Source of the DNA: an uncultured bacterium
GTDB lineage: Bacteria > Verrucomicrobiota > Verrucomicrobiia > Limisphaerales > UBA11358
Length of the DNA stretch: 64,000 nucleotides
Direction of reading: 5' to 3'
NCBI GenBank assembly: GCA_963708305.1
Contig: CAVPSH010000001.1
Location: 864,191 to 928,190 of the forward strand
Below, one piece after another: positions 1 to 8,815 of the stretch. The notes beneath the pieces are model-generated. The model was not told where the DNA came from. It ran no database searches and worked only from the letters and a program-made list of their open reading frames with translations. Each line of letters opens with the position of its first letter. The first letter of the stretch is position 1. The translations under genes and the position numbers were made by a program.

Positions 1-114
1 GGCATGTCGCTCCACTGAAACGCGTTGGCAATTTTATTTTCAACAAAACCACGCGTCTTGCTGTCAAATCTCCGTACTGAACAAAGGAGAACACGAAACA
101 TTGCATTTCTGACT

Positions 115-786
115 ATGAAAACAATCATATTGGGTTTGGCTTTGTTGGGCCTGGTCAATTCGGCTTTGGCCGTGGATCGGGTGCAATTGGATGACCGCAT
201 CCGCCTGTTGACCGGCAAGTTTGAGGCGTTACAGGTGCAACCGGACAAGCGTATACCGGCCGACATTTTGCGCAAGGCACAGGGCATCATCCTGTTGGAT
301 ACCACCAAGGCGGGCTTTATGTTCGCCTTTCAAGGCGGCAATGGCCTGGCCATGGCCCGGGACAAGTGGGGAAACTGGAGCCCGACGGCGTTTCTCGTTG
401 CCAATGAGGGCAGTTTCGGATTCCAGGCCGGCGGCGAACAGAATTTTCGCGTCATTCTGCTGATGGACAACGACACGGTGCGTCAGTTGATCAGTCCGGA
501 GGCCGATATCGGTGCCGTAGCCCAAGGAACGGCCGGTGACAATTCCTCCGGCGTCGAAAACAGATTTAATCCGCCCCGGCAGTCCACGCTGGTGTTTTCG
601 GCGCGCTCGGGCTTTTACGGCGGCGTGGCCTTTAAAAACGGCGCGCTGGCGCCTGCCAACAGCGACAATGAAATTTACTACGGCCGCTACGTGTCCATGA
701 ACGACATCCTGTTCGGTAAGAAACTGGAGGTGACGCCGGCTGCGGCCAATCTGGCCAAAGCTATCAAGCGCTACTCTGAAAAGTGA
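115..786 (+). CDS. SYLF/Ysc84 (DUF500) lipid-binding domain protein with signal peptide
   Basis: Within ORF 25..786. The ATG at 115 gives the signal peptide MKTIILGLALLGLVNSALA. The body (GIILLDTTKAGFMFAFQGGNGLA, SGFYGGVAFKNG) matches the SYLF family as I remember it. Confidence 0.8.
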   Translation: MKTIILGLALLGLVNSALAVDRVQLDDRIRLLTGKFEALQVQPDKRIPADILRKAQGIILLDTTKAGFMFAFQGGNGLAMARDKWGNWSPTAFLVANEGSFGFQAGGEQNFRVILLMDNDTVRQLISPEADIGAVAQGTAGDNSSGVENRFNPPRQSTLVFSARSGFYGGVAFKNGALAPANSDNEIYYGRYVSMNDILFGKKLEVTPAAANLAKAIKRYSEK

Positions 787-821
787 TTCCCGCTTGCGGC
801 GGGCCGTGGGAAAACCAGCCG

Positions 822-1535
822 TCAACTGCGGCTGGCGATGAACTGCTGGGTCAATTGATTGAACCGTTTGTTGTCGGCCCGGATGCGCGCCGAGAGGGTT
901 CGGGCCGTCGCCCGTAGAAACGGCGTGGCCAGGGCGGGCGCTTCCCGCGTGAGCCGGTCAAACGCCACCACCGAAATCCGCAGCACGGTGCTGTCCACAT
1001 TCGCGATCACATCCGCCGAGCGCGGTCCGTGGTCGAACAATGACATGTCCCCGAAAAAGTCTCCGGCGGTAAACGTGGCCAGGATGGTCTCGCGATCGCC
1101 CGTCATCGTCCGGGCGCGCAATTCCCCCGACAGCACCAAGTACATCGCGTCGCCCTGCTCGCCCTGCTTCACCACCGCCGACCATTGCGACACGCGCTGC
1201 AGTTCCATGAAGTCGAGCAGATGATCCAGTTGCGCGTCGTTCAAATCGGCGAGGATTTTAATCCGGCGCAGGGAACCGGGCGTGATGCCGGCGCGGGCGG
1301 TGGCGCCGGAAATGGCCTCGGTTGGCTGATTGAAAAGCTTTTTGAATTCGGGAACATCCCCGGCCTGCTGCCAGGCGCCGGTGCGCCGCGCAAAAATCCA
1401 TGTGTCCGGCAGAACCCGCGCGTCCTTGATCCAGTCCGTCACCATCGCCAGCGCCACCGGACCGTAAGGGGCGTCGTCGATTCCCCAGATAAAAAAATCG
1501 TTGGCTACTTCTGAAATTTCTTCTTTCCCTTCCAC
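822..1535 (-). CDS. cyclic-nucleotide-binding domain protein with N-terminal GYF_2-like domain
   Basis: ORF 822..1535 with a GTG start. The C-terminal half (VVKQGEQGDAMYLVLSGELR...GDFFGDMSLFD...RSADVIA) is a cNMP-binding beta-roll. Confidence 0.75.
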   Translation of the reverse strand: MEGKEEISEVANDFFIWGIDDAPYGPVALAMVTDWIKDARVLPDTWIFARRTGAWQQAGDVPEFKKLFNQPTEAISGATARAGITPGSLRRIKILADLNDAQLDHLLDFMELQRVSQWSAVVKQGEQGDAMYLVLSGELRARTMTGDRETILATFTAGDFFGDMSLFDHGPRSADVIANVDSTVLRISVVAFDRLTREAPALATPFLRATARTLSARIRADNKRFNQLTQQFIASRS

Positions 1536-1731
1536 GATGCCATCTTATCACCTTTGATAATCGTTTGAAAAGCAAAAACTGTTGCATCCGCGCGCTTTCC
1601 GAAACTGCTTTGAAATGAAGAGGTTGGATTGTTCGGTTTTGTCGCGGCGGTCTATGACCGGCGTCGTTTTCCTCTGTAGAAACCAAAATGCGGCGCTCAC
1701 AGAGCGCCGCTACATCTATTTTGCAGGGCTC

Positions 1732-2822
1732 CTATTCCGCGTTCGGATAGGAGCCGAGGACTTTGATGAAATTGCAGTGCTCGCCGAGAAGCTCAATCGC
1801 CTTGGCCACCTTGCGGTCTTGCGCGTGCCCGTCGCAATCAATGAAGAAGAAATATTCCCACGCCTTCCGCTTGCTCGGACGCGATTCAATCTTCGTCATG
1901 TTGATTTTATACCGGCGGAAGGCCGCAATCGCCTCATGCAACGCGCCGGCCTTGTCGGCCACGCTGATAAGCAGGCTGGTGCGGTCATGGCCGGTGGGCG
2001 GACTGCATTGGCGGCCCAGCACGAGGAAACGCGTCGCGTTGGCGGCGTTGTCCTGAATGTCCTGTTCCAGCACGTCCAGGCCGTATTTTTCGGCGGCCAG
2101 AATTCCGGCAATCGCCGCCGCGTTCTTGTCCTTCGCCGCCAGTTCCGCCGACCGGGCGTTGGACGACGTCTCGATGAGTTCCACGCGCGGCAGATGATTC
2201 TGGATCCAGCCGCGGCATTGCGCGAGCGATTGCGGGTGCACGAACAGTTTTTTGATGCGCGCGCGCGTCCCCCCGGCCGCACCATCAGGCACTGCTGAAT
2301 CGGCAGGACAATCTGCGAAACGATCTTCAAATCGCTGTCCACGAACATGTCGAGCGTGTGCGTGACGACGCCTTCGGTGGAATTTTCGACCGGCACCACG
2401 CCGTAATCCGCGCGGTTTTTGCTGACCTCGGTGAAAACGTCGGCGATGGTTTTCTGCGGCGAATAACGCAGGCTGGCGCCGAACTTGCGGATGGCCGCCT
2501 GATGCGTGAAGGTCGCCTCCGGGCCGAAATAGGCGATGATCATCGTCTTCTCGAGCGCCAGCGCGCTGGACATGATTTCGCGGTAGATGGCGCGCAATTG
2601 CTCGTCGGTCACCGGCCCCTGGTTCAACTGGCAGATGCGTTGCAGCACGGCGCGTTCGCGGTGCGGCGCGTAAATCTCCTCGCCGGCCTTGAGCTTCATG
2701 GCGCCGATGGCCAGCACGTGTTTCGTGCGCTCATTGAGCAGCCGGACGATGCTCGCGTCCAGCTTGTCAATCGCCTGGCGATGTTTGGGAATGTTCACAG
2801 CCCAGGAAGAATGCAGAATCAA
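1732..2822 (-). pseudogene. pheA: bifunctional chorismate mutase / prephenate dehydratase (P-protein), split by a frameshift
   Basis: ORF 1896..2822 carries the CM domain and the start of the PDT domain, up to ..LPIQQCLMVRPGG. ORF 1732..2292, in another frame, continues GGTRARIKKLFVHPQSLAQC... through the ACT domain. The join lies in the C6 run at 2269-2274 and the adjacent (GC)n at 2257-2267. Confidence 0.85.
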
Positions 2823-2885
2823 ACCGGAAGAATCAAATCTGTTTCGCTAGCTAAAATTCCCAACTCGGAAAGAACGATAGGATTT

Positions 2886-3116
2886 TTAACTGGCAAACAA
2901 TTTGTTCGGAAATTCGCTCTGCCCAATTTTGAAATCCAATTCGCCGTTCGAGCCTTTGACCGAATACATCTCCCGCCTGTGCCGTGTTGCACTTATCCAT
3001 TCGATTGGATCATGCTGGTTGTCGAGGATCTGCTTCAATTCTGCGTAGCTCAAACACACAACGCCATCATCGCCGCAAACCAGCACAAGAAATACCCTGT
3101 CAAAATTCGATTTCAA
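2886..3116 (-). CDS. small hypothetical protein in a low-GC islet
   Basis: 76-aa ORF with a TTG start in an AT-rich patch between pheA and the next gene. I recognise no family. Confidence 0.3.
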   Translation of the reverse strand: MKSNFDRVFLVLVCGDDGVVCLSYAELKQILDNQHDPIEWISATRHRREMYSVKGSNGELDFKIGQSEFPNKLFAS

Positions 3117-3275
3117 TAGATCAATTTCTTCTTGGTGCTCCTTTGCGAAGGTAGCTGCGGTTAAAAATTCCGCTTTTTTGCGTCTTTGGGTTGTCAGTCT
3201 TGTCCTGAATCCAATTGGTGAGCCTGTTTATAATGGACGCATCTCGGCATCGCGCCTAGAGTCGTCACGAACACT

Positions 3276-3893
3276 ATGAGTTTTCTCCAAAAACTGTTCG
3301 GGCCCAGCCGGGACGAAATCTGGAAACAGTTCGCCGCCGCCGTCGGCGGTAGTTTCAATCAAAGCGGCTTTTGGAACGGCAGCAAGGTGGAAGCCGCGCA
3401 TGGCCAGTGGGTGGTCACGTTGGATACTTATACCGTGTCCAACGGCAAAACGTCCGTCACCTACACCCGGATGCGTGCGCCCTATGTGAACCCGGACGGT
3501 TTTCACTTCAACATCTATCGCCACGGCTTTTTCAGCAATCTCGGGAAAAAACTGGGGATGCAGGACGTCACCGTGGGCTATTCGCAGTTCGACGACGATT
3601 TCATCATCAAGGGCAATGACGAGTGGAAACTGCGCCGGCTCTTTGCCGATGAAAAAATCCGGGACCTGATCGCGGCCCAACCCGACATCCACTTTTCGGT
3701 CCGGGACGACGAGGAAAAAATCTGGGGTGGCCGGAATCTTCCGTCGGGCGTGAATGAACTTTATTTCCAGGTGGTGGGTGTCATCAAGGACATTGACCGG
3801 CTGAAACTGCTGTATGATTTGTTTTCGGAGACGCTGGATGAGCTTTGTCGCATGGGCTCGGCCAATGAAAACAATCCCGGCGTAAAACTCTAA
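3276..3893 (+). CDS. hypothetical protein
   Basis: 205-aa ORF with an ATG start and protein-like composition. No competing ORF is of better quality. Confidence 0.65.
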   Translation: MSFLQKLFGPSRDEIWKQFAAAVGGSFNQSGFWNGSKVEAAHGQWVVTLDTYTVSNGKTSVTYTRMRAPYVNPDGFHFNIYRHGFFSNLGKKLGMQDVTVGYSQFDDDFIIKGNDEWKLRRLFADEKIRDLIAAQPDIHFSVRDDEEKIWGGRNLPSGVNELYFQVVGVIKDIDRLKLLYDLFSETLDELCRMGSANENNPGVKL

Positions 3894-3938
3894 TTTCTGC
3901 GTTGTGCCTTCAGCGTATTTGAATCGGTGTGAATTCGT

Positions 3939-4071
3939 GAAATCTGTGTCAAAATCTTTGTGCCTTTTGTGCCTTTTTGCGGCTAAAGAAATCTGTGTTT
4001 ATCCGTGGTTAAAACCTCTTTGTCTCCGCGTCTTGGCGGTGAAGAAAACCGTGTTCCTCGCGGTTCAAGAC
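3939..4071. repeat. tandem copies of a short dispersed intergenic repeat (aaatcYgYgtt.atcYgYggttaa...gtct.ggcggtgaa type)
   Basis: About 2.5 units read by eye. They are related to the copy at 4706..4773 on the other side of the GNAT gene. Confidence 0.6.
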
Positions 4072-4083
4072 ATGGCAGGCGGC

Positions 4084-4596
4084 TCAGTCCAGCTCTTTCA
4101 GGAGCAGTTCCATGTAAACCACGTCCAGCCAGTGGCCGAATTTGAAGCCAACTTGCTTGAGGTGACCCACTTCTTCAAATCGAAACTTCGCGTGCAAGGC
4201 CACGCTGGCGGGTTGGTCGGCGTCAATGCCTGCGATGATGGCGCGATGGCCGAGACTGCGTGCGCGGGTGATCAAGTCCTGCAGCAGCAACGAGCCGAGT
4301 CCGCGACGTTGCAATTGGTGATGGACGTACACTGAATTTTCCACGGTCCGCCGATAGGCCGAGCGCGCGTGATAGGCTGAGAGCGAACCCCAGCCGGCCA
4401 CCTGCCCTTCCAATTCGGCGACGATGATCGGATGCCGGTCGCCGTGATGCTCGAACCATTGCCGTCGGCCTTCCAGCGGTTCGGGTTCTTCCTGATACGT
4501 GCACGTGGAGTGCAGCACATAGTGATTGTAAATATCGTTGATCGCGCCGAGGTCGGCGGGCGTGGCGGCGCGGATGGTGGCGGTTTGAGCGTGCAT
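4084..4596 (-). CDS. GNAT N-acetyltransferase (phosphinothricin/methionine-sulfoximine acetyltransferase-like)
   Basis: Internal ATG at 4596 within ORF 4084..4836. The protein reads MHAQTATIRAATPADLGAINDIYNHYV...VYVHHQLQRRGLGSLLL (Q/RxxGxG/A acetyl-CoA motif). The upstream part of the ORF overlaps repeat DNA. Confidence 0.85.
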   Translation of the reverse strand: MHAQTATIRAATPADLGAINDIYNHYVLHSTCTYQEEPEPLEGRRQWFEHHGDRHPIIVAELEGQVAGWGSLSAYHARSAYRRTVENSVYVHHQLQRRGLGSLLLQDLITRARSLGHRAIIAGIDADQPASVALHAKFRFEEVGHLKQVGFKFGHWLDVVYMELLLKELD

Positions 4597-4705
4597 ACGC
4601 GTGTTCGACGGATCGAGATTAGGCCGGACGCCGGTGCAGGACAACTGCGGAGTGTGGGCAAAGTTAGTCGTTGATCGGCAGTAGTCAGTCGGCTGGTCTC
4701 GTGTC

Positions 4706-4773
4706 AAAAATCCGCGTTCATCTGCGTAATCCGCGGTTAAGACCTTCGCGTCTTTGCGTCTCGGCGGTGAAAA
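4706..4773. repeat. dispersed intergenic repeat, same family as 3939..4071
   Basis: aaaatccgcgttcatctgcgtaatccgcggttaagaccttcgcgtctttgcgtctcggcggtgaaaag aligns by eye with unit b at 3988-4048. Confidence 0.6.
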
Positions 4774-4781
4774 GCTCGCAT

Positions 4782-5198
4782 TCACTCGCCGGAGACGGTC
4801 ACCACGACAGTGCGGCGGCGGGGTTTGATGTCGCATTCCAGATGAAAAATCTGTTGCCAGGTGCCCAACACCGGTTTCCCGCCGGCCACCGGCACGGTCA
4901 AGGACGGTCCCAGCAGCGTGGCCTGCAAATGTGAATGGCCGTTGCCGTCGTGCCAGGCCTGTTCGTGTCCGTAGTTGCGGCTGGGCGGCATGAGCTTGTC
5001 CAGCAGATCGGGCAGGTCTTCCATCAGTCCCGGTTCGAATTCGATGGCGCCGATGGCGCCGGTGCTGCCGACGTTGAACACGTGCGCCGTGCCCGTGCGC
5101 ACGCCAGAGTCATGGATGATTTGCACCACGTCTGCCGTCAGGTCGTGCATCTGCCGGTGACCGCGCGTTTCCAGCAGGATTTGTTTTTGATAAACCAT
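4782..5198 (-). CDS. YjbQ/UPF0047 family protein (secondary thiamine-phosphate synthase-like)
   Basis: 138-aa ORF. ..TAHVFNVGSTGAIGAIEFEPG...HSHLQATLLGPSLTVPV is typical of UPF0047. Confidence 0.85.
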   Translation of the reverse strand: MVYQKQILLETRGHRQMHDLTADVVQIIHDSGVRTGTAHVFNVGSTGAIGAIEFEPGLMEDLPDLLDKLMPPSRNYGHEQAWHDGNGHSHLQATLLGPSLTVPVAGGKPVLGTWQQIFHLECDIKPRRRTVVVTVSGE

Positions 5199-5318
5199 GC
5201 CCCTTTCTTGCGCGCAACGGTATCGGAACGCAAGTCAAAGCCTTGAAATCGCGAAATACGCCAAACACGCGAAAGGGAAACGGCGCGCACGGAGTGGCGC
5301 GCCCTACCAAATAACCCA

Positions 5319-6014
5319 CTATCCGCTGGTTGCCGGGGTCTCCGGCGCTTCTTCTTTCTTCCCTTCTTTATTTCCTAACGCCAGCTGCTCCGGCGGAGTC
5401 GTAGCCAATCCCGGTTCGACCGTGACTGGCGCGGGTGGTTTCTGGACGACAATTTTCCGAAGTTCGTCCGCAGCAGGCAAATCTTCCAGACCGCTCAAAC
5501 CAAAGTATTCGAGGAACAACAATGTGGTGCCGTAGGTTGGCGGGCGACCTACCACCTCGGCGCGGCCGACGGCCTCGACCAGACCGCGTTCCATGATGGT
5601 CTGCATGACGGCGTCCACGTTCACGCCGCGAATCTGTTCCACCTCGGCGCGTGTAATCGGCTGGCGATAGGCAATGATGGCCAGCGTTTCCAGCGCCGGT
5701 TGCGACAATCGCGGTGGCCGGATTTTCTGGCCGACCAGCGCCTTGAGCCACGGCGCATATTCGGGCTGGGAAACGAATTGCCACGCGCCCGCGACGCACG
5801 CCAGCCGGTAACTGCGCGCGGCGGTTTCGTGCTCGCCTGCCAATTGTTCCAGCGCGGCGGTCAATTCGCTGTCCTTGATTTTGGCGAGCGACTTGGCGGT
5901 GGCGTCGGCTTCCTCGGCTTCGGCGGCCGCGGCGAACACGTCGCGAAGTTCCTTTACGCTCAGCGGCTTTTGCGCGGAGAACAACAGCGATTCGAGAATG
6001 AATTTGAGTTCCAT
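5319..6014 (-). CDS. scpB: segregation and condensation protein B
   Basis: MELKFILESLLFSAQKPLSVKEL... and IAYRQPITRAEVEQIRGVN, with a low-complexity C-terminal tail. It lies downstream of scpA. Confidence 0.9.
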   Translation of the reverse strand: MELKFILESLLFSAQKPLSVKELRDVFAAAAEAEEADATAKSLAKIKDSELTAALEQLAGEHETAARSYRLACVAGAWQFVSQPEYAPWLKALVGQKIRPPRLSQPALETLAIIAYRQPITRAEVEQIRGVNVDAVMQTIMERGLVEAVGRAEVVGRPPTYGTTLLFLEYFGLSGLEDLPAADELRKIVVQKPPAPVTVEPGLATTPPEQLALGNKEGKKEEAPETPATSG

Positions 6015-6016
6015 GA

Positions 6017-6298
6017 TTAAACTTTAATGAGTGCCCATGCGGCAAATAAATTAACTATCCAAAACATCCATCCAGCCCAACGAAATACTAAAAAATAATT
6101 TCGCCATGATTGAGATGAAGCAAGTTTGGCAGCAGGCCATGTTACAATTTCGACAATTGGCAAAAGAACAATACTTAAAACCACTACTACAAAAATTTGT
6201 TTACCAAACAACGTAACAGACATTTGAGAAAGCGCGGAAACCATGACGAGCAGCCAAAATATAACCTGGATTCTAAATAGAACATGAGGGTTTTTCAT
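6017..6298 (-). CDS. small 3-TM membrane protein, AT-rich, wedged between scpA and scpB
   Basis: 93-aa ORF. Its ATG overlaps the scpA stop (ATGA), and its stop is 2 nt from the scpB start. It has three hydrophobic segments. Its GC content is visibly far below that of the flanks. Confidence 0.55.
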   Translation of the reverse strand: MKNPHVLFRIQVIFWLLVMVSALSQMSVTLFGKQIFVVVVLSIVLLPIVEIVTWPAAKLASSQSWRNYFLVFRWAGWMFWIVNLFAAWALIKV

Positions 6299-7122
6299 GG
6301 CTGCGGATTTTCAGTTTGAGACAGGCTGGAAGCCTGTCCTACGTTCTCGACCGTTAGTGCCGGGTCGGAGACCGGCGTTCCGACAACCGGCGCGGCGTTT
6401 TCTACTCGGCGGATTTCGATTTCGCCGAATTCCTCGCCCTGGGCGCAGATAAGTTGTTTCAGCCGGATCAATTCCAGCAGCGCCAGAAAAGTGCAAACGA
6501 CTTCCGACCGGCTGGCGGCGTTCTCAAACAGTTCGGCGAACCGCACAGAACCGCGTTCGGACAGCACTTTGAGAATGAACTCGATCTTTTCGCTGACAGT
6601 CCATTTGTCCTCAAAAATATCGCGGGCGTCGTCGCGCTTCTCAAAGCGCCGGAGGACGTTATTGACGGCGTTGAGCAGGTCGAAGATGGAAACGTCCGGT
6701 TTGGGCGGCGGCGCGGTGCTTTCAAATTCCAGCTTGCCCGGCAGCCGGGGGAAGACATTTTCCTGGCGGGCTTCCAGGGTCTGCAATTGGGTGGCGGCGT
6801 CCTTGAACTTCTTGTATTCGACGAGCTGCCGGATGAGTTCCCAGCGCGGGTCTTCGCCCTCCTCCTCGCCTTCGACGGCCACCTGCTGGTCCACCGGCAG
6901 CAATTCGCGGCTTTTGATGTACATGAGCGTCGAGGCCATGACGAGGAATTCGCCGGCAATCTCGAGGTCGAACTGCCGCATCAAATCAATATATTCGATG
7001 AACTGGGTGGCGAGCCTGGTGAGGTTGACCTGATAGATGTCCACTTCCTCCTTTTTGATGAGATAAAGGAGCAAATCGAGCGGTCCTTCAAAGACCTCGA
7101 ACTGGACTTTATATTCCGCCAT
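6295..7122 (-). CDS. scpA: segregation and condensation protein A (kleisin)
   Basis: FEGPLDLLLYLIKKEEVDIYQVNL...FLALLELIRLKQL is the classic ScpA signature. Confidence 0.9.
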   Translation of the reverse strand: MAEYKVQFEVFEGPLDLLLYLIKKEEVDIYQVNLTRLATQFIEYIDLMRQFDLEIAGEFLVMASTLMYIKSRELLPVDQQVAVEGEEEGEDPRWELIRQLVEYKKFKDAATQLQTLEARQENVFPRLPGKLEFESTAPPPKPDVSIFDLLNAVNNVLRRFEKRDDARDIFEDKWTVSEKIEFILKVLSERGSVRFAELFENAASRSEVVCTFLALLELIRLKQLICAQGEEFGEIEIRRVENAAPVVGTPVSDPALTVENVGQASSLSQTENPQP

Positions 7123-7281
7123 GTGCTGAATGAACCGTGAAAAATTCTAAGGCCGACGCAGGCGGTTGGCAACGCCGGAAGCAGGCGTTCGACGGCGGGA
7201 AAAACCCGCCAGGCCAAGAGTCGTTGAATTTTTGGCAAAATCCGGCGAGCCAATCGTCGTTGGCCGGCGGATGGTCAAGGT

Positions 7282-7476
7282 GTGACGAATCTGTCCTCGA
7301 CCGCGAACGGTGAAAAAGAAAACGGCGCCCTGCCGCCGGTGGACGAAATGGTGCTGGTGGAATGCGAACATTTCCGGTGCCTGGCCTTTCGGGACAAACA
7401 CGGCAAATGGCGGAGTCCGTTCAGCAAGATGGAACTGCCTAATGTCGTCCGCGTGATTGAATCCCATTCCCATTGA
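7282..7476 (+). CDS. small hypothetical protein
   Basis: 64-aa ORF with a non-ATG start. The core VLVECEHFRCLAFRDKHGKWR resembles small conserved PVC hypothetical proteins I recall. The start is uncertain. Confidence 0.4.
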   Translation: MTNLSSTANGEKENGALPPVDEMVLVECEHFRCLAFRDKHGKWRSPFSKMELPNVVRVIESHSH

Positions 7477-7540
7477 CGTTCCATCCCAACGGCCTGCGTC
7501 CCGGCCGATTCTCCTCCGGATGCGACGTGAAGCTTTGTGG

Positions 7541-7651
7541 TGTCCTGATTTGAAATTCCCGGAACGCGACTGTGCGCGCAGCGTCAGCCGTAGCGCGTCG
7601 AAAATGCTGCGGCTGGCCTTCGACACAGCCGCGCTCCGCCAAATCAGGACA
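7541..7651. repeat. about 110-bp palindromic MITE-like element, copy 1
   Basis: 12-bp terminal inverted repeats tgtcctgatttg / caaatcaggaca, plus nested inverted repeats (gcgcagcgtcagccg...cggctg). A near-identical copy in the same orientation lies at 29662..29770. Confidence 0.8.
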
Positions 7652-7713
7652 CTATCCGACCCGTCCCGAACTTGACGCGCGGCCTTCGAAAAACTAAGCT
7701 CTACCTGCTGGCT

Positions 7714-7789
7714 GGTGGCCGTAGCTCAATGGTAGAGTCCAAGCTTGTGGAGCTTGTTGTTGCGGGTTCGAGTCCCGTCGACCACCCCA
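7714..7789 (+). tRNA. tRNA-His (anticodon GTG) with encoded G-1 and 3' CCA
   Basis: Hand-folded cloverleaf. G-1 pairs with C73. D stem is GCTC/GAGT. Anticodon stem is CAAGC/GCTTG with loop TTGTGGA. T arm is GCGGG-TTCGAGT-CCCGT. The acceptor stem has one C5:A68 mismatch. Confidence 0.85.
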
Positions 7790-7790
7790 C

Positions 7791-7809
7791 TTTTCGCCCG
7801 AGGCGAAAA
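7791..7809. terminator. possible hairpin between tRNA-His and the convergent SGNH gene
   Basis: ttttcgcc-cga-ggcgaaaa forms an 8-bp stem. There is no clear U-tract, so this is weak. Confidence 0.3.
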
Positions 7810-7845
7810 ATGTGTGACTTCAGGCAGGACCCCTCCGGTCCGGTC

Positions 7846-8562
7846 TCACTTCGCGCCGGCAGGCGCGGCGGGCCCGGTCAACGCGCGATACACTGCCGCC
7901 GCCATCAGCCTGGCACCGGCGGCATTGGGATGCACGGTGTCAGGAAACAGTTCCGCCTGCCCGCTCAACGCTGTGTAAAGGTCAATGACCGCGACATCGG
8001 ATTCCTTGGCCACCCGCTTGATCATGGGAATCATTTCCACACGGATGGTTTTGTCGTTGATTCCCCAGCGGCCCGGATAATCCGGCGTCGGCAGGCAGAT
8101 GAAAATCCTGGTCTGGGGATTCGCCTGGCGGAAGGCGACAATCATCTCCCCGTAGTCAGGGACGAAATTGGTTTTGTACTGCCAGTTGTTGATGGCTTTG
8201 TCCGCGTCCAGGCTGCCATCGCCGGGGTGCTTGCTGTCGTTCGCACCGAAATCAATGACGACCACGTCCGGTTTAAACGCCAGCACCCGGGTGTAGGCCG
8301 CTTGTTTCACATAGGGCCGGTCTCCCTGATGCAACAATGTGGCGCCGTTGACGCCAAAGTTGCGCACGTCCCAATTTGTCCCCAACCGGCCGCCCAGTTG
8401 CGCCGGATAGGAATTGGATTGCCGGTTGGAAATGCCAAAGCCCCAGGTAATGCTGTCGCCCACGCAGGCGACGCGAACCGGTGACGCGAGGGCGCTGACC
8501 AGAGAAGCCAGGGCGAGCAACCCGGCCAAACAGATTTGACGGATGATTTTAGAACGCTTCAT
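7846..8562 (-). CDS. SGNH/GDSL hydrolase (carbohydrate acetylesterase-like), secreted
   Basis: The ATG at 8562 gives the signal peptide MKRSKIIRQICLAGLLALASL. Block I is ACVGDSITWG, then GANDS, and block V is DTVHPN. Confidence 0.85.
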   Translation of the reverse strand: MKRSKIIRQICLAGLLALASLVSALASPVRVACVGDSITWGFGISNRQSNSYPAQLGGRLGTNWDVRNFGVNGATLLHQGDRPYVKQAAYTRVLAFKPDVVVIDFGANDSKHPGDGSLDADKAINNWQYKTNFVPDYGEMIVAFRQANPQTRIFICLPTPDYPGRWGINDKTIRVEMIPMIKRVAKESDVAVIDLYTALSGQAELFPDTVHPNAAGARLMAAAVYRALTGPAAPAGAK

Positions 8563-8815
8563 ATCGGAATTGTGTAACCGCATTTAAGCTGATTAATCAA
8601 GCCCCGTTTGCCAGGGTTTATGCTTGCGCTCGATAAACCAAAAAGCGCCGACCCTTTCAAAACACTCTGGCGCCGGTCAAAAAAAACATGGTAAAAGTCA
8701 AAAACCGCAGGAAGGGCGACTTCATTGTGCTTGGCATGGTTCTGCAAGTGTTTCATCCTGAAAGTCGGGTTGCGGCCTTGATGCGTTCTGTCGCAATCTG
8801 TTACCGGATCATTTT

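Noticed and set aside
2358-3119. 253-aa ORF on the plus strand
   Set aside because: It is antisense to pheA. Its Arg/Ala/Gly-rich composition is typical of shadow ORFs in GC-rich DNA.
7541-8600. Integrated mobile element or prophage next to tRNA-His
   Set aside because: The window contains no integrase, transposase, phage structural gene or att-like duplicate of the tRNA end.
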